The notes: generated by a model from the letters alone, not told the origin. DNA of 64,000 nt from an uncultured Verrucomicrobiae bacterium (GCA_963828525.1 CAWHEP010000007.1:46200-110199), one strand, 5' to 3'. Positions 19,490 to 31,608 are shown, numbered from the stretch's first letter. Made by a program: numbers and translations.

Positions 19490-22400
19490 ATGAAAAATAG
19501 ACGCAAATCATTCCCCCAAAACCGGATCCATAGGCATTTGCTTGCGGTGACCATCAGCTTTTTAATTGCTTTTGTTATAACAGGCACGAAAGCCGATGCC
19601 CAAACGCTCGGCTGGGATCCGACTAAAACCAAGACCTTCCCCGGCGGGGGAGGGGATGGCACCTGGGATCAGGCCACGCAAAATTGGGTTCCCATCCGCG
19701 ATCTGGACACTAGATGTGGTATGGGTAAGTGGAGCCAGCGCTGTTTTTTCGGGAAGCGCAGGAACGGTGACGATTACCGGCGGGGGGCAGACAGCCGGAG
19801 GAATAACCTTCGATACAAGTGCTTATACCATTACAGGGCAGAATCTGACGCTGACCCCATCAACAGTCGTCTCTGTCACCACCGGCTCCGCGGCGATCAG
19901 TTCCGACATTCTAAACACCGGTGGATTCACTGTGGCTGGCAGTGGTACCCTGAACCTCCTCTCGAACACCACAATTATCTCAGGCGACCTGGCGGCAGCC
20001 CAAGGCGGTTTGGTAATCTCCGGCGGCGTCACCGACGTTAATGGCTCAATTTCCACCAGTGGCACGGCTGCGACGGTGGTAGTAAGCGGGGGATGGCAAA
20101 ACTCTGGCGCGTTGACCGTGGGTGGCAATGCGCAGGGAACTCTGTTTGTGGGCACTATCGGCCTTGCGGCGAATCTCATTTCCGCGAGCGCGACGATCGC
20201 GGATCAAGCGGGTTCCACGTTCAGCGTTGCCATCGTGGGTGGAAACGGCTCCGGATTGTGGACAAACACGGGGACGTTGACCGTGGGCAACGGCGACGTG
20301 GGCTCCCTGCAAGTGCTCACGACGGGAACGGTGCAGAGCGGCAATGCGATCATCGCGAATAACTCGGGTTCCGGGATGAGCAACGCCCGGGTAAGCGGAA
20401 ACGGCGCGGCATGGCTGGTGGGTGGCAACGGGGATTTGATCGTTGGCAATAACGATGTTGGAGCGCTCACCATCAACCAGGGCGGTTTTGTCAGCAGCAC
20501 GACGGGAGAGATCGCCAATAACGCGGGTTCCGCGAACAGCGTTGCCATCGTGGGTGGAAACGGCTCCGGATTGTGGACAAACACGGGGACGTTGATCGTG
20601 GGCAACAGCGACGCGGGCTCCCTGAACGTGCTCACGACGGGAACCGTGCAAAGCGGCAATGGAATCATAGCGAACTTCACTGGGTTCAGCACCGTTCTCG
20701 TGAGTGGAAGCGGAGCGACATGGGCGCTGAATCAAGCGGGTGGAAACGGGGATTTGATCGTTGGCAATAACGATACCGGAGAGCTCACCATTAACCAGGG
20801 CGGTCTTGTGAGGAGTACGACGGCGGAGATTGCCAACAACGCGGGTTCCGCGAACAGTCTTGTCATAGTGGGTGGAAACGGTTCCGGGTTGTGGACAAGC
20901 ACGGAGCTGATTGTGGGCAACGGCGACGCGGGCTCCCTGCAGGTGCTCACAACGGGAACGCTGCAGAGTGGCGACGCCATCATCGCGAATTCCGGCGCGA
21001 GCAGCGTTCTGGTAAGCGGAAGCGGAGCGACATTGGCGCTGAATCAACCGGGATTCGACGACTTGATCGTCGGGAAAAACGATGCTGGAACGCTCACTAT
21101 CAACCAAGGCGGTCTTGTGAGCAGTACCACGGCGGAGATCGCCTTTGATGGGGGTGGCAGCCTTGCCATCGTGGGTGGAACCGGCTCCGGGTTATGGACA
21201 AACACGGGTACGCTGACTGTGGGCGACGGCGCCGCGGGCTCCCTCCAGGTGCTCACGACGGGAACGGTGCAGAGTGGCGATGCGGTCATCGCGAACCTTG
21301 CCGGTTCCGGGACGAGCAGTGTTCTCGTAAGCGGAAGCGGAGCGACATGGACGCTGAATCAGACGGGTGGCAACGGGGATTTGATCGTTGGCAACAACGC
21401 GGTTGGAACGCTCACCATCAACCAAGGCGGTTTTGTGAGTAGTACGACTGCGGAGATAGCCAACAACGGGAATTCCGCGAACAGCCTTGTTATTGTGGGT
21501 GGAAGCGGTTCCGGGTTGTGGACAAACACGGGGACGCTGATCGTGGGCAACAGCGACGCGGGCTCACTCCAGGTGCTGACGACCGGAACAGTGCAGAGCG
21601 GCAGTGCGGTCATCGCGAACACCCCGCTTAAGAGGACGAGCAGCGTTCTGATAAGCGGAAGCGGATCGACATGGACGCTGAATCAAGCTGGCGGGAACGG
21701 GGATTTGATCGTTGGCAACAACGCGGTTGGAACGCTCACCATCAACCAGGGCGGTTTTGTGAGCAGCACGACGGCTGAGATCGCCGAAAACGGGGGTTCC
21801 GCGGGCAGTTTTGCCCTTGTGGGTGGAAGCGGTTCCGGGTTGTGGACGAATACGGGAACCTTGATCGTGGGCAGCGGCGACGTGGGCTCCCTCCAGATCC
21901 TGACGACTGGAACAGTGCAAAGCGGCAATGGAATCATCGGGAACTTCGCAGGGTCCGGGACGAGCAGTGTTCTCGTAAGCGGAAGTGGCGCGACTTGGGC
22001 GGGCGGCACCGGCAACTTGACCGTTGGGAATAACGGCAACGGAATGCTTGATATCAAGCAAGGCGGTGTCGTGACCGCGCTAAACGGCGTGGTGTCGGCG
22101 AACCCCGTGGCAAACGGCGCGGTGCTTGTAAACGGCCCGGGATCGAGTTGGAATCTCTTGGGCAACCTTACGGTCGCGTCTTCGGGTAACGGCGCCCTCT
22201 CTGTGATGAATGGTGGTGTTGTGAGCGCGCTGGAAGGCGTGGTCGGTTCGCTGGGGATCGCAAACGGCAATGTGCTCGTGGATGGACCCGGCTCCAAGCT
22301 CCTGCTCGGTGATAATCTGTCGATCGGCTCTGGCGCCCATGGCGCGATGACAGTCCAAAACCTTGGTTCGGCGTCGGTGATGAATACGCTGACCGTGGGC

Positions 22401-25229
22401 GCTGGCAGCGGGTTCAACAACCTTTTGACAATTCAGACCGGTGGTCGTGTAACAGGCCAAAACGGCGTGGTAGCGGGGAATGCCGGCAGCAAAGGCTCGG
22501 TGAGCGTAAACGGCATGGGATCAAGCTGGAAATTGACCGGCAACCTCACGGTCGCCTCCTCGGGCGTCGGCTCCCTGTCTGTCCAGAATGGCGGCGGCGT
22601 CAGCGCGCTGGAGGGTGTCGTCAGTCGGCAGGCCGGCTCGATAGCCAGCGTGCTCGTGGACGGGATCGGCTCCAGTCTCACTATCGCAGATGCTCTTAAC
22701 GTTGGCGTCGGCGGCCAGAGCGCGGTGACCGTCCAGAATTTCGGTTCCGCCTCGGTGACGAAGGCGCTTACGGTGGGCGCAAGCAGCGCGGGGAATCAAT
22801 TGACCATTCAGACCGGCGGCACTGTAAAGGCGCTCCAGGGCATCGTGGGGGCGAATGCCGCGAGCGCCGGCATGGTGACGGTGAGCGGCTTCGGATCGAG
22901 CTTGGCGCTCACTACTAATCTTACGGTCGGCTCTTCGGGCGTCGGTTTCCTGACTGTGCAGAATGCGGGTCGCGTGAGCGCTCTGGATGGCGTGGTGGGC
23001 GCGAACGCGGGTTCAAACGGCACCGTCGTCGTAAACGGGCCTCTGTCGAACCTGGCGCTCAACACTTCCCTGTCCGTTGGACAGTCAGGCTTTGGATTTC
23101 TCACCGTCACCGGCGGCGGCCTTGTTACAACGAACCTTCTCTCTGTAGGAGATCTCGGGAACGCCAACGGCTTGCTCAACATCACAGATGGCTTATTGAC
23201 GGCGAATACCGCGGTGATCGGCGCCCAGGCTTCTTCGGTCGGCGTAGTGAACTTGCACAGCGGGGGTCTCGGTAAAATGACGATCAACGGTGATCTCATC
23301 GTCGGCCAGGCGGGTAAGGGCGTGGAGAATGTGACCAACGGGGACGTATTGAAAGTGGGCAACTCGATCACGGTCGGTAATGCCGCTGGTTCCAAAGGCT
23401 CTCTCACGGTCGTCAACGGAGGCCAGGCGAGTGCCGGAAATAGCATCGTCGTCGGCTCGCAGGCCGGCTCCTTCGGCGCGGTGTTTGTGGGCGATCCCGG
23501 CTCCAGCCTCACAACGGGTCAGACTTTGACGGTTGGGAACCTCGGCGGCGGCTCTCTCCAGATCGAGCAGGGAGGCAAAGTCGCCGCCCCGGCTACCATC
23601 ATCGGGCCGCAGGGAATGGTTCAGAATGACGCGGTGCTTAATAGTCCCAACGTGACGGTCTTCGGTCTGCTTGGCGGCACTGGCGTTGTGAACGGCAATG
23701 TCATCAATCGCGGGGTTGTAGGCCACGGCCTAACGTCCGCCGCCCCGCTTGGCGCGCTGACTGTAGCCGGTAACTATGACCAGTCGCCGCAAGGCACTCT
23801 CTCGCTCCGGATAGCGGGAGCCGGGCCGGGCCAGTCTGACAGTCTTTTCAGCAAGGGCAGCGCGAGCCTCGCGGGATCGCTAAATCTGATCCGGCTGAAC
23901 GGATTCCAGCTTCCGAAGGGCAAGCAGATCGTCCTTCTCAGCGCGAACGGCGGTGTTAGTGGCGAATTTCAACGCGTCACCGACCCGTTTGCCACCTCCC
24001 TGTTAACGCCCGATATCTTCTATTTTCCGCGCGAGGTTGTGCTTGAGCTAGCCCAGGGATCCTTTATGCCGCTTGCGAAGACGCCAAACCAGCGGTCCGT
24101 CGCCAGGAACCTGGACAATGCCTCGGCGGATCCCCGCGAGGCCGCGCTGGTTAATTATATCGACTCTCTTTCCCCCACTGGTGCGCGGGATTCCTTCGAT
24201 CGGATATCTCCCGACCAGTTGGACTCCATGTTCGAGATTAGCCGCTCATTGGGTGACGTGCAGAGCGCGAATATCCAGCAACGATTGGACGACGTTCGCG
24301 GTGGCGCCACGGGTTTCAGTTCAGACGGCCTTGCCATTTCCGACAAGGACGGTTCAACAAACTTGATGGACAAGAATCCGGTCCCGGCTCCTTACAAGCC
24401 ACTCGGCAAGAACGTTGGCCTTTTCCTCACCGGCAACGGCGAATTTGTGAACGTGGACTCCGATGGCAACGCGCGCGGATACAATTTCACGACCGGCGGC
24501 ATGACGCTGGGCATGGACTATCGCGTGAAGGATTACCTTGTAGTCGGCATTTATGGCGGCTATGCGAACACGAACTCGGATCTCGCGCAGGGCGGGCGGG
24601 TCGATGTGAACAGCGGCAAGGGCGGCTTCTACGCCTCGGCCTACGACGATAATCTCTACCTCGATTTGGTGACCGAAGGCGGTTACAACAGCTTCAGCAC
24701 CAGCCGCGCCTCGATCAATGGACTTGCCAATGGCGAGACGAGTGGCGGCGAGTTCACAGGCTTGATCGGTGGTGGCTACAACCTTCACTCGGGTCGCCTC
24801 ACGTTCGGACCCACATTCGCGCTTCAGGGTAATTACGCTTCCATCAGTTCATTCACCGAACACGGCTCCCTATCGCCGCTTCACATTCCCTCGCAGGGCG
24901 AGCCGTCCCTGAGAACGCGCCTGGGCGTCAAGATTTCCGTGCCTTTCCGCGCCGTCGGAGGAGTATCGGTCACTCCCCAGGCCTCCGTCTCCTGGCAGCA
25001 CGAATACATGAACAACAGCTACGGGTTTGACTCGCAGCTCGCGAGCGGAGCCGGCACAGTATTCACAGTGCAAGGCCCTCATCTAGGCGCGGATCGCGCC
25101 GTCCTGAACCTCGGTGTCAACGTCCGCTTCAACCCGGCATTCTCAATGTATGTTTTCTACAATGGCGAAGCCGGCGGCCAGAACTACCTGCTGAACAGCG
25201 TCAACGGAGGCTTCGAGTTCACCTTCTAA
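19490..25229 (+). CDS. Large autotransporter (type Va) with T5SS/PEP-CTERM-associated repeats; frameshift near 19700
   Basis: Signal peptide from ATG 19490; G/S/N/T-rich beta-helix repeats (LIVGNNxxGxLTINQGG); TPNQRSVA linker; beta-barrel ending in FEFTF. Confidence 0.9.
20190..22030 (+). repeat. Six long intragenic tandem repeats (303-324 bp)
   Basis: GSGLWT-coding anchor at 20247, 20562, 20880, 21183, 21507, 21831. Confidence 0.85.
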
Positions 25230-25329
25230 GGTGAATCGGGAAGGGTCCGGGCCGCTTGATCACAGCCCGGCCCAAAGCCTCCGCGCCATCGACCAGTATC
25301 GACTTGTACCAGCCTGCGGCAAAAGTGTC

Positions 25330-25518
25330 CCGCCAGGAAGCCTCTCCCAGGCGCTCGGCCGCGCGGTGCGCGGAGCCGGAGCGGAAGCGCTGCTGGCGCC
25401 GTCCGCCGTGGTCGGAGGCGCGTTCAATCTCGTGGTCTTCGTGGAGAACCTGCTGCCGGAGAGCGCCATCCTGATCGAAAATCAGGCAGAACTGGATCGC
25501 TGGCTGAAAAAGCGGTGA
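25330..25518 (+). pseudogene. C-terminal remnant of a RES-domain toxin
   Basis: SQALGRAVRGAGAEALLAPSA...NLVVFVENL resembles the RES C-terminus; the N-terminal part is absent. Confidence 0.65.
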
Positions 25519-25577
25519 TGCATATTTGCGCGCAAATATGCCTCGCCATGGAACTCAAACGATGGGAGGATTAAACC

Positions 25578-25952
25578 ATGCCCGCCAAGACGCTCGATCC
25601 GCCGAAGCTCAGAGTGACCGCGCCCGCCACTTCTCTGTCGCTGCAATCCCTGTGCCAGCGCTACTCGGTGAAGCGGGGCCTGCTGCCACGACTCACCGGC
25701 TTCTCGCTGCGCGCGGTCGCGAACTGGTCGCGGGGCCATGCTCCCAGCGCGCCGGCATTGAAGAAACTGACGGAGTTGAAGCGTTTGTTTGAAGCGCTTG
25801 CCCGCCTTATCGACCCCAAGGACATTGGTCCATGGCTGCTCCAGCCCAATCCCGCCTTCGATGGCTCGACTCCTCTGCAAGTGATCGAGCGCGGCGAGAG
25901 CGACCGCCTCTGGCGCATGATCTACGAACTCGAATCCGGCCAGCCGGATTGA
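25578..25952 (+). CDS. Xre/MbcA/ParS-type antitoxin (HTH + DUF2384-like)
   Basis: HTH (LPRLTGFSLRAVANW) and WLLQPNPAFDGSTPLQVI motif. Confidence 0.85.
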   Translation: MPAKTLDPPKLRVTAPATSLSLQSLCQRYSVKRGLLPRLTGFSLRAVANWSRGHAPSAPALKKLTELKRLFEALARLIDPKDIGPWLLQPNPAFDGSTPLQVIERGESDRLWRMIYELESGQPD

Positions 25953-26007
25953 TCCTGGGAGGTCCTCAAGCCACAGGAAGGCCGAGTATCATTAAGGAGA
26001 AGAAAAC

Positions 26008-27051
26008 ATGAGCAAGGAAACCCTCGCGCTTCCAGAAGGGTACGGCGACTGGCTGGCCGGCCTGAAGCGGCGGATTGCCGGCGCCCGGCAGCGCGCGCTT
26101 CTGGCAGCCAATGCGGAGCAAATCCGGCTATATCATGATATTGGGCGCGACATTCTGGAGCGTCAGGGGCGTGAAGGATGGGGAGCCAAAGTGATCGACC
26201 GCCTCGCAGCCGATCTGCGTGCCGCCTTTCCCGATATGAAGGGGCTCTCTTCATCAAACCTCAAATACATGCGGTTTTTTGCCCAAGAGTGTCCCGATCT
26301 CCAAATTGGTCAGCAGTCTGCTGACCAATTGCCCTGGTTCCATATTGTGACCCTCATTACCAGGCTTTCCGACCCCGCCCTACGCGGCTGGTACGCGCAA
26401 CAGGCCCTCCTGCAATCCTGGCCCCGTGATACGCTCGTCGTTCAGATCAAGAGCCAGCTTCACCTCCGTCAGGGAGCCGCTATAACGAACTTCGACCAAC
26501 GCCTCGCTCCGCCGGAAGCAGGCATGGCCGTCGAAGTTCTCAAAGATCCCTATCACTTCGATTTTCTCGGGCTCGGAGACGAGGCTCATGAGCGTGATAT
26601 AGAAAGCGCCCTCGTCCGTCATATCACCCGGTTTCTGCTGGAACTCGGGGCCGGGTTCGCTTTCGTGGGAAAACAGTTTCGATTGGAGGTTTCCGGAGAA
26701 GAATTCTTCATCGACCTGCTCTTCTACCACACCCGGTTGAAATGTTACGTCGTCGTGGAACTCAAGGCCCAGGCGTTCAAACCTGAACATGCTGGTCAGT
26801 TAAACTTCTACCTGAGCACGGTGGATGCGCAGATCAAGGCCCCTGACGACAAACCCACCATCGGCCTCCTTCTTTGCAAAACCAAGAACCGGCTCGTGGC
26901 CGAATACGCCCTCTCCGGAATCGCAAAGCCGATTGGCGTGGCCGAATACCAGCTTGTGCGCGCCCTGCCCGAACCTCTTGATACCTGCCTGCCCTCGATC
27001 GAAGACCTGGAGTCAGAGCTTTCACGCGATCTCGACGAGGAGGCGAAATGA
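26008..27051 (+). CDS. DUF1016/YhcG family PD-(D/E)xK nuclease
   Basis: WGAKVIDRLAADL, LPWFH, KDPYHFDFL, FLLELGAGFAFVG, IDLLFYH, VELK, GQLNFY. Confidence 0.93.
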   Translation: MSKETLALPEGYGDWLAGLKRRIAGARQRALLAANAEQIRLYHDIGRDILERQGREGWGAKVIDRLAADLRAAFPDMKGLSSSNLKYMRFFAQECPDLQIGQQSADQLPWFHIVTLITRLSDPALRGWYAQQALLQSWPRDTLVVQIKSQLHLRQGAAITNFDQRLAPPEAGMAVEVLKDPYHFDFLGLGDEAHERDIESALVRHITRFLLELGAGFAFVGKQFRLEVSGEEFFIDLLFYHTRLKCYVVVELKAQAFKPEHAGQLNFYLSTVDAQIKAPDDKPTIGLLLCKTKNRLVAEYALSGIAKPIGVAEYQLVRALPEPLDTCLPSIEDLESELSRDLDEEAK

Positions 27052-27295
27052 AGAAATGAAGGTGAATTGCTCCGGGCTTGATTCCGGTCCCGTTTACGCC
27101 CCGGCGCAAGGGCGGCAACGGAGGCTTCCCTCCCAAATATCAAAATGCAAGCAACGACCCCTTTTCTCCGCCCCCTCGCTGTCTGCCGCGTGGAAACCGG
27201 CTGCCGCGCTGTGTGGCGGATCGGCAATCGGCGATTCGGGCGGGAATGAGCTTGCAAAGCCCCCTTCCCGGAAGAGGATCGCACCCCGGCTCCCC

Positions 27296-29662
27296 ATGAA
27301 CATGAAACCAAATGGAAAATCCTGGATAAAGCTGGTCTTCATCACTTTCTTCATTTTTGGATTGGTCGCGGCGCGGGCTGACCTGACGTGGAGTGTCAAC
27401 GGCGCGGGCGGAAGCGGAACTTGGGATGCGACAACCGCAGACTGGTGGAACGGTTCGCAAAACGTCCCGTGGCAACAATCCGGCAACGCTCTTTTTTCCG
27501 GGAGCGGCGGCACCGTGACGGCAAGTTTTCTTACCGTCGCAGCGTCAGGGATGACTTTCAACTCCCCCGGTTACACGTTGAGTGGCGGGTGGATCGATTC
27601 GGGATCAAACGGCCTCACGGTTACGACAAACGCCGACGCGACCATTAGCACAACCTTGGGGAGCAACGGATCAGGCGGGAATCTCCTCATCAAGAGCGGC
27701 ACCGGAACACTGAGCATGGCTGGCACGAATTTTCTCAACGCCGTGGAGGTTAACCAGGGCGAATACCGCGTGACAGGCAACGGATCGCTTTTTTTCTCGA
27801 CCGTCACCCTTGCTCCTTCAACGTATTTAACGCTCGCGCAGACATTCTCTTCGACAGCCATCGGTTCACTAAACGGAAGTGGCATAGTGCAATCGGACAC
27901 GTCAGCCCGAACCGTAACCCTTAGTTTGTTCAATGCCGGAAACTTCAGCGGAACTTTGCAGGACAATGGCGCGGGGCGGTTGGCAGTTACCATCTCTACT
28001 TACGGCGCGCAGACGCTCACCGGCGTCAATAGTTATTCGGGAGCGACGGATTTGAGCCTCGGCGCGCTTGTATTTTCAGGCAACGGTTCGGCGATCAACT
28101 CGACATTCTTGATTGCCAACAATGCGGCGCTCGTGCTTGACAACTCTAATGGCGCGAACGCCAACCGCATTTCCGCTTCCGCGCCGGTAACGATGCAAGG
28201 CGGGACATTCAGCATGATCGGCAATGCATCGAGCTTCGTGAACGAGATCGTCGGCGCGCTTAACTTCGCGGGATCAGCGCTGGTAAACGTCCAGCGTTCG
28301 GGCGCGACCGGCGCTGCTCTCACCGTTTCCGGTATAACACGCGCCGGCCACGCAACTCTCAATTTCACAGGAAATGGCCAATTGCTTGGGACCGGTCTTG
28401 CAAACGATAGCACGGGAATCGCTCCGGTTTACGCGCGGGCCGGAAATGACTGGGCGTCGATCGATGCGAACCATTCGGTCACTTCCTTCGCCGCGTACGC
28501 TCCCGATCCGAATACCGCGACCGCTACAAGCAACGTCAAACTCACCAGCCCATTCACCATCTCAGGCACAGCTGCATGGGCATCGGTGAATCTGCAAAAC
28601 AACAGCGGAGCCGTGATGACGATGCTCAACAACGGGGCATTAAACCTCGCCTCCGGGGGCATCGTGTCCACCGGGAGCGCGGGCGCAATTATCAACTCCA
28701 ATCTCACAACGCCCGCTTCCGAAATGGTCGTTGTTAATGACAACGCGCTTGCAATTTCAGGCCAAATTCAGGAGTCCTCGCCAGAGATGGCATTGACCAA
28801 AACCGGCGCCGGCGCGCTAACGCTGACATCCCCCAGCAATAGCTATTCAGGCACGACCACGATCAACCAGGGCACTCTGATTATAGGTAACGATCTCGCG
28901 TTAGGTTCTAGCCCGACAATTGATTTTGGCGGTGGAACTTTGAAAGCATCCGGCAATTTTACACTCACTCAGAATCTTACATCTTCGACCAGCTACGGAG
29001 AAACGATAGACACCGGCGGTTTCACCGTCACGGCAACCGGGTCGAACAGCTCGCTGTCTAAAATCGGCGCGGGAACTTTGGTGCTTACGAACAGCTCCGT
29101 CGGCTCCGTAAATGTCAATCAGGGCATCCTGCAACTCACGAAACCGACCTCCGGCTTTGCCACGATCATGGGCGGAGATCTCGTCGCGTCAGGCACCCTT
29201 TCGAGCCTTTCATTCTCTGGCACGACCGGGATTCTCGACATTGGTGGCGCAGCGGCAGCTACGCTGAGCGCAAGTTACAATCATAGCAGCGGAAATCTCA
29301 CGATCGACTTTGGCATCGGCAGCGCGGGCAGCGATTTATGGAAGCTCTCAAGCGGCGGCGCGAGTTTCGGGCCAGGCGCCTTTCAATTTGAATTTCAAAA
29401 CCTCGGTGGCGCGGCGACAGGAACGAATTACACGTTGCTGAGTTTCCCAACCAGTGTGGCGCCAGCCCCGGCTGCCTTCGGATTCGCGCCCGACATGGCA
29501 GCAGCAGGATGGAGCGGAACATTTGTGACCAGTGGCACGAATGTCAGCGTCGATTTTTCGTCCATTGGTGTTCCTGAACCAAGTGTCTCGACCTTGCTCG
29601 TCATTGGAATAACCGCTTTGCTCGCGCGCATTCGCCGCAAGCCTGTGGCAGTTGATCCGTGA
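27296..29662 (+). CDS. PEP-CTERM surface protein with autotransporter-associated beta-strand repeats
   Basis: Signal peptide; LTKTGAGALTL..SNSYSGTTTINQGTL repeats; VPEPS + TM + RIRRK tail. Confidence 0.88.
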   Translation: MNMKPNGKSWIKLVFITFFIFGLVAARADLTWSVNGAGGSGTWDATTADWWNGSQNVPWQQSGNALFSGSGGTVTASFLTVAASGMTFNSPGYTLSGGWIDSGSNGLTVTTNADATISTTLGSNGSGGNLLIKSGTGTLSMAGTNFLNAVEVNQGEYRVTGNGSLFFSTVTLAPSTYLTLAQTFSSTAIGSLNGSGIVQSDTSARTVTLSLFNAGNFSGTLQDNGAGRLAVTISTYGAQTLTGVNSYSGATDLSLGALVFSGNGSAINSTFLIANNAALVLDNSNGANANRISASAPVTMQGGTFSMIGNASSFVNEIVGALNFAGSALVNVQRSGATGAALTVSGITRAGHATLNFTGNGQLLGTGLANDSTGIAPVYARAGNDWASIDANHSVTSFAAYAPDPNTATATSNVKLTSPFTISGTAAWASVNLQNNSGAVMTMLNNGALNLASGGIVSTGSAGAIINSNLTTPASEMVVVNDNALAISGQIQESSPEMALTKTGAGALTLTSPSNSYSGTTTINQGTLIIGNDLALGSSPTIDFGGGTLKASGNFTLTQNLTSSTSYGETIDTGGFTVTATGSNSSLSKIGAGTLVLTNSSVGSVNVNQGILQLTKPTSGFATIMGGDLVASGTLSSLSFSGTTGILDIGGAAAATLSASYNHSSGNLTIDFGIGSAGSDLWKLSSGGASFGPGAFQFEFQNLGGAATGTNYTLLSFPTSVAPAPAAFGFAPDMAAAGWSGTFVTSGTNVSVDFSSIGVPEPSVSTLLVIGITALLARIRRKPVAVDP

Positions 29663-29707
29663 TGCAGCGCGCGATGGCTGCCCTGGCGCGAGCAAAAAGC
29701 TGCTCGG

Positions 29708-29746
29708 CATGGCATAGCTCAGTTGATAGAGCAGGTGAATCGTACT
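29708..29746 (+). pseudogene. Degenerate 5' half of a tRNA (Thr, CGT anticodon); candidate att remnant
   Basis: GGCA-TAGCTCAGTTGATAGAGC-A-GGTGA-AT-CGT-A: intact D arm, similarity ends in the anticodon loop, no T arm. Confidence 0.6.
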
Positions 29747-29880
29747 CGGAAACGGGCGGTTGTCATGGTTTCTCACTGCTTGTCATCTCATTTCGGAGCG
29801 CAAACTTTTTCGCTCAATCCCCTGAAACTGCGCTCTGCTTCGCGCGGCGATTGCGGCCGGTCAAAGGAACGGTCGCCAAT

Positions 29881-30410
29881 TTAGCCCTTAATCGAGGGGC
29901 GGTCGTAAAGCTCCACGCAACGGCCCCATTCCAGCCTCTCGACACAGACCTTATCCAGCCGCATTGACAGCGCGCGAATACGCTCCATCCGCGCCTCACG
30001 CGAACTGTGCGACGCTCCTCCGCCTAGCGCCGAAGTCCCAAAGCTCCTCATATCAGCCCGCCGAAGCATGTCTTGTTGCGGTAAAACCAGCGCGCCGCCC
30101 GCTGGATGTCCGTAAGCCCGACCTGCTCCCGAAAACCGATAAACTCCTCCCGCGAGTTCAACACAAACTCCAGCTCCGTAAGCAGGGCGTCGCAGTGATA
30201 GCGCACGCAGCGATAGAACGAAACGAGGTCGCCGTTGACGTCATTGACCACCTCCAGATTCGAGCGCGGCTTCGCCAGTAACACGGCCAGTCCGCCCGCG
30301 AACGGTTCCACATAGCAATGGTGCTTCGAAATCAAAGGGAGAATGCTGCCGAGAAGCCTGCTTTTCCCTCCGGGCCAGCTCAATACAGGCGCTATCCGTT
30401 TAGCGGGCAT
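29881..30410 (-). pseudogene. Phage-type Dam/D12 DNA adenine methyltransferase, truncated before DPPY
   Basis: SWPGGKSRL, YVEPFAGG, EVVNDVNGDLVSFY, TDIQRAARWFY; frameshift near 30050; ends YDRPSIKG* with no DPPY. Confidence 0.8.
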
Positions 30411-30428
30411 CCACGCAAAATCCGCAGT

Positions 30429-30689
30429 TCACTTCGCCACCCACCCTGTGTTTCCCGCGCCGCTTTCCTTCACATACAGCGTGCTCCCGGCCCCGCCATC
30501 CGTGCGCAGGTAGAGCCTGCCCACAGCCGCCGTCACGACCCCGTTTGGCGCGCCCGCCCCCGTCAGCGGCAAGCTCGCGTTCACGATCCCCGAGTTCGCG
30601 TCGAGCAGCGGCCCAGGGTTCGTGGTTCCTTCGACTTGGTTCAGCCCCGTGGGGCTTAGCGCCCTTCGAAAAGGGGTCGAGATTTGCAT
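30429..30689 (-). CDS. Small phage structural/tail-like protein or fragment
   Basis: C-terminal GAGAPNGVVTAAVGRLYLRTDGGAGSTLYVKESGAGNTGWVAK, a motif I recognise from phage tail-type proteins. Confidence 0.6.
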   Translation of the reverse strand: MQISTPFRRALSPTGLNQVEGTTNPGPLLDANSGIVNASLPLTGAGAPNGVVTAAVGRLYLRTDGGAGSTLYVKESGAGNTGWVAK

Positions 30690-30787
30690 ATTGATATCCT
30701 ATGAGAGGGAGAACGGGGCCGACTGGACTGAAACCAGACGTAAAGCTTCGGGCACTCGCGGGAGTGGGCGCTCTTTTCTTTTGAGAT

Positions 30788-31144
30788 TCACCGCAAGGGC
30801 AGATGCTCGATGCGTCCCGCCACATCGCCGGGTTCATATACTTTCGCGATGGGTTCCAAGTCCTGAACGCATTGGCCGATAGTTGTCCTCATCTGGTGGC
30901 ATAGATCATAGATCACGCCAGGAAACGGAATCGAATTCGCCTGCCGCTTCGCGCATTCGGCCAGAAAATCGTCGTCCTGGGTGAAAAGGACGCGATGCAG
31001 GGCCGACGCCCGGTCAAGCAAATCCGCGTCTTCCAACCGCTCTGTTCCATCCTCTTGGGCTCTCAGCACATCGACGCTCCGGCGTCGCAGGCCCTCGGTG
31101 ATTGCCAGGGGCACGTGGACATCCATGTAGAGCCGGAGGCTCAA
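30788..31144 (-). CDS. DUF5615 PIN-like toxin
   Basis: LYMDVHVP...[30 protein letters not shown] overlap with DUF433. Confidence 0.85.
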   Translation of the reverse strand: MSLRLYMDVHVPLAITEGLRRRSVDVLRAQEDGTERLEDADLLDRASALHRVLFTQDDDFLAECAKRQANSIPFPGVIYDLCHQMRTTIGQCVQDLEPIAKVYEPGDVAGRIEHLPLR

Positions 31145-31455
31145 TGCAGAAGTCCCATCGCGCGCAACCTCCGCCGGCCAGGGGAATCGTGGCTCCCGGC
31201 GGCTAGTTCTTCCGCCTTGGCAGCGCTCTGCGCAATGGCGTCATCGAACTCGCGCTGATGGTCGTAATAAAAAGCCAGCGCCGCATGCGCCTGGGCAAGC
31301 GAAAGGCCCGTATGCTGACGATGGATCTCCTCCGCGCTCCAGCCGTGGGCCAAATGATCCATCGCCACCTCGATCACTTTTGTGCGAGTATCGTCGATCC
31401 ACGCCAAACCCGCCTCATCAAGACGTATATGATTGATGACTTCTGCCGTAAGCAT
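31141..31455 (-). CDS. DUF433 family antitoxin
   Basis: IDDTRTKV, GWSAEEIHRQH..LSLAQAHAALAFYYDH. Confidence 0.88.
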   Translation of the reverse strand: MLTAEVINHIRLDEAGLAWIDDTRTKVIEVAMDHLAHGWSAEEIHRQHTGLSLAQAHAALAFYYDHQREFDDAIAQSAAKAEELAAGSHDSPGRRRLRAMGLLH

Positions 31456-31554
31456 ACCCGCGAAAATAGGACCTTTCGGGCGCTGCCGCAAGCGGCATGC
31501 CTCTTCCAGTTGCCTTTCGCGCGTCGATCGGAGCCACTATTTGGAAGAGCGAAA

Positions 31555-31608
31555 GGTCGATGTTTGCATATTGATATTCTCTGAGACGGAGAAGAGGGGA
31601 ACTGGACT
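31555..31608. repeat. ~55-bp direct repeat (partner at 30675-30729) flanking the DUF433/DUF5615 pair
   Basis: GGTCGA..TTTGCATATTGATAT.CT.TGAGA.GGAGAA...ACTGGACT present in both copies. Confidence 0.75.

Noticed and set aside
20190..22030. Diversity-generating retroelement TR/VR pair
   Set aside because: No reverse transcriptase in the window, and differences between repeats are not confined to adenines.
26825..27295. 157-aa N-terminal extension of the PEP-CTERM ORF
   Set aside because: It overlaps DUF1016 in another frame; the signal peptide begins at ATG 27296/27302.
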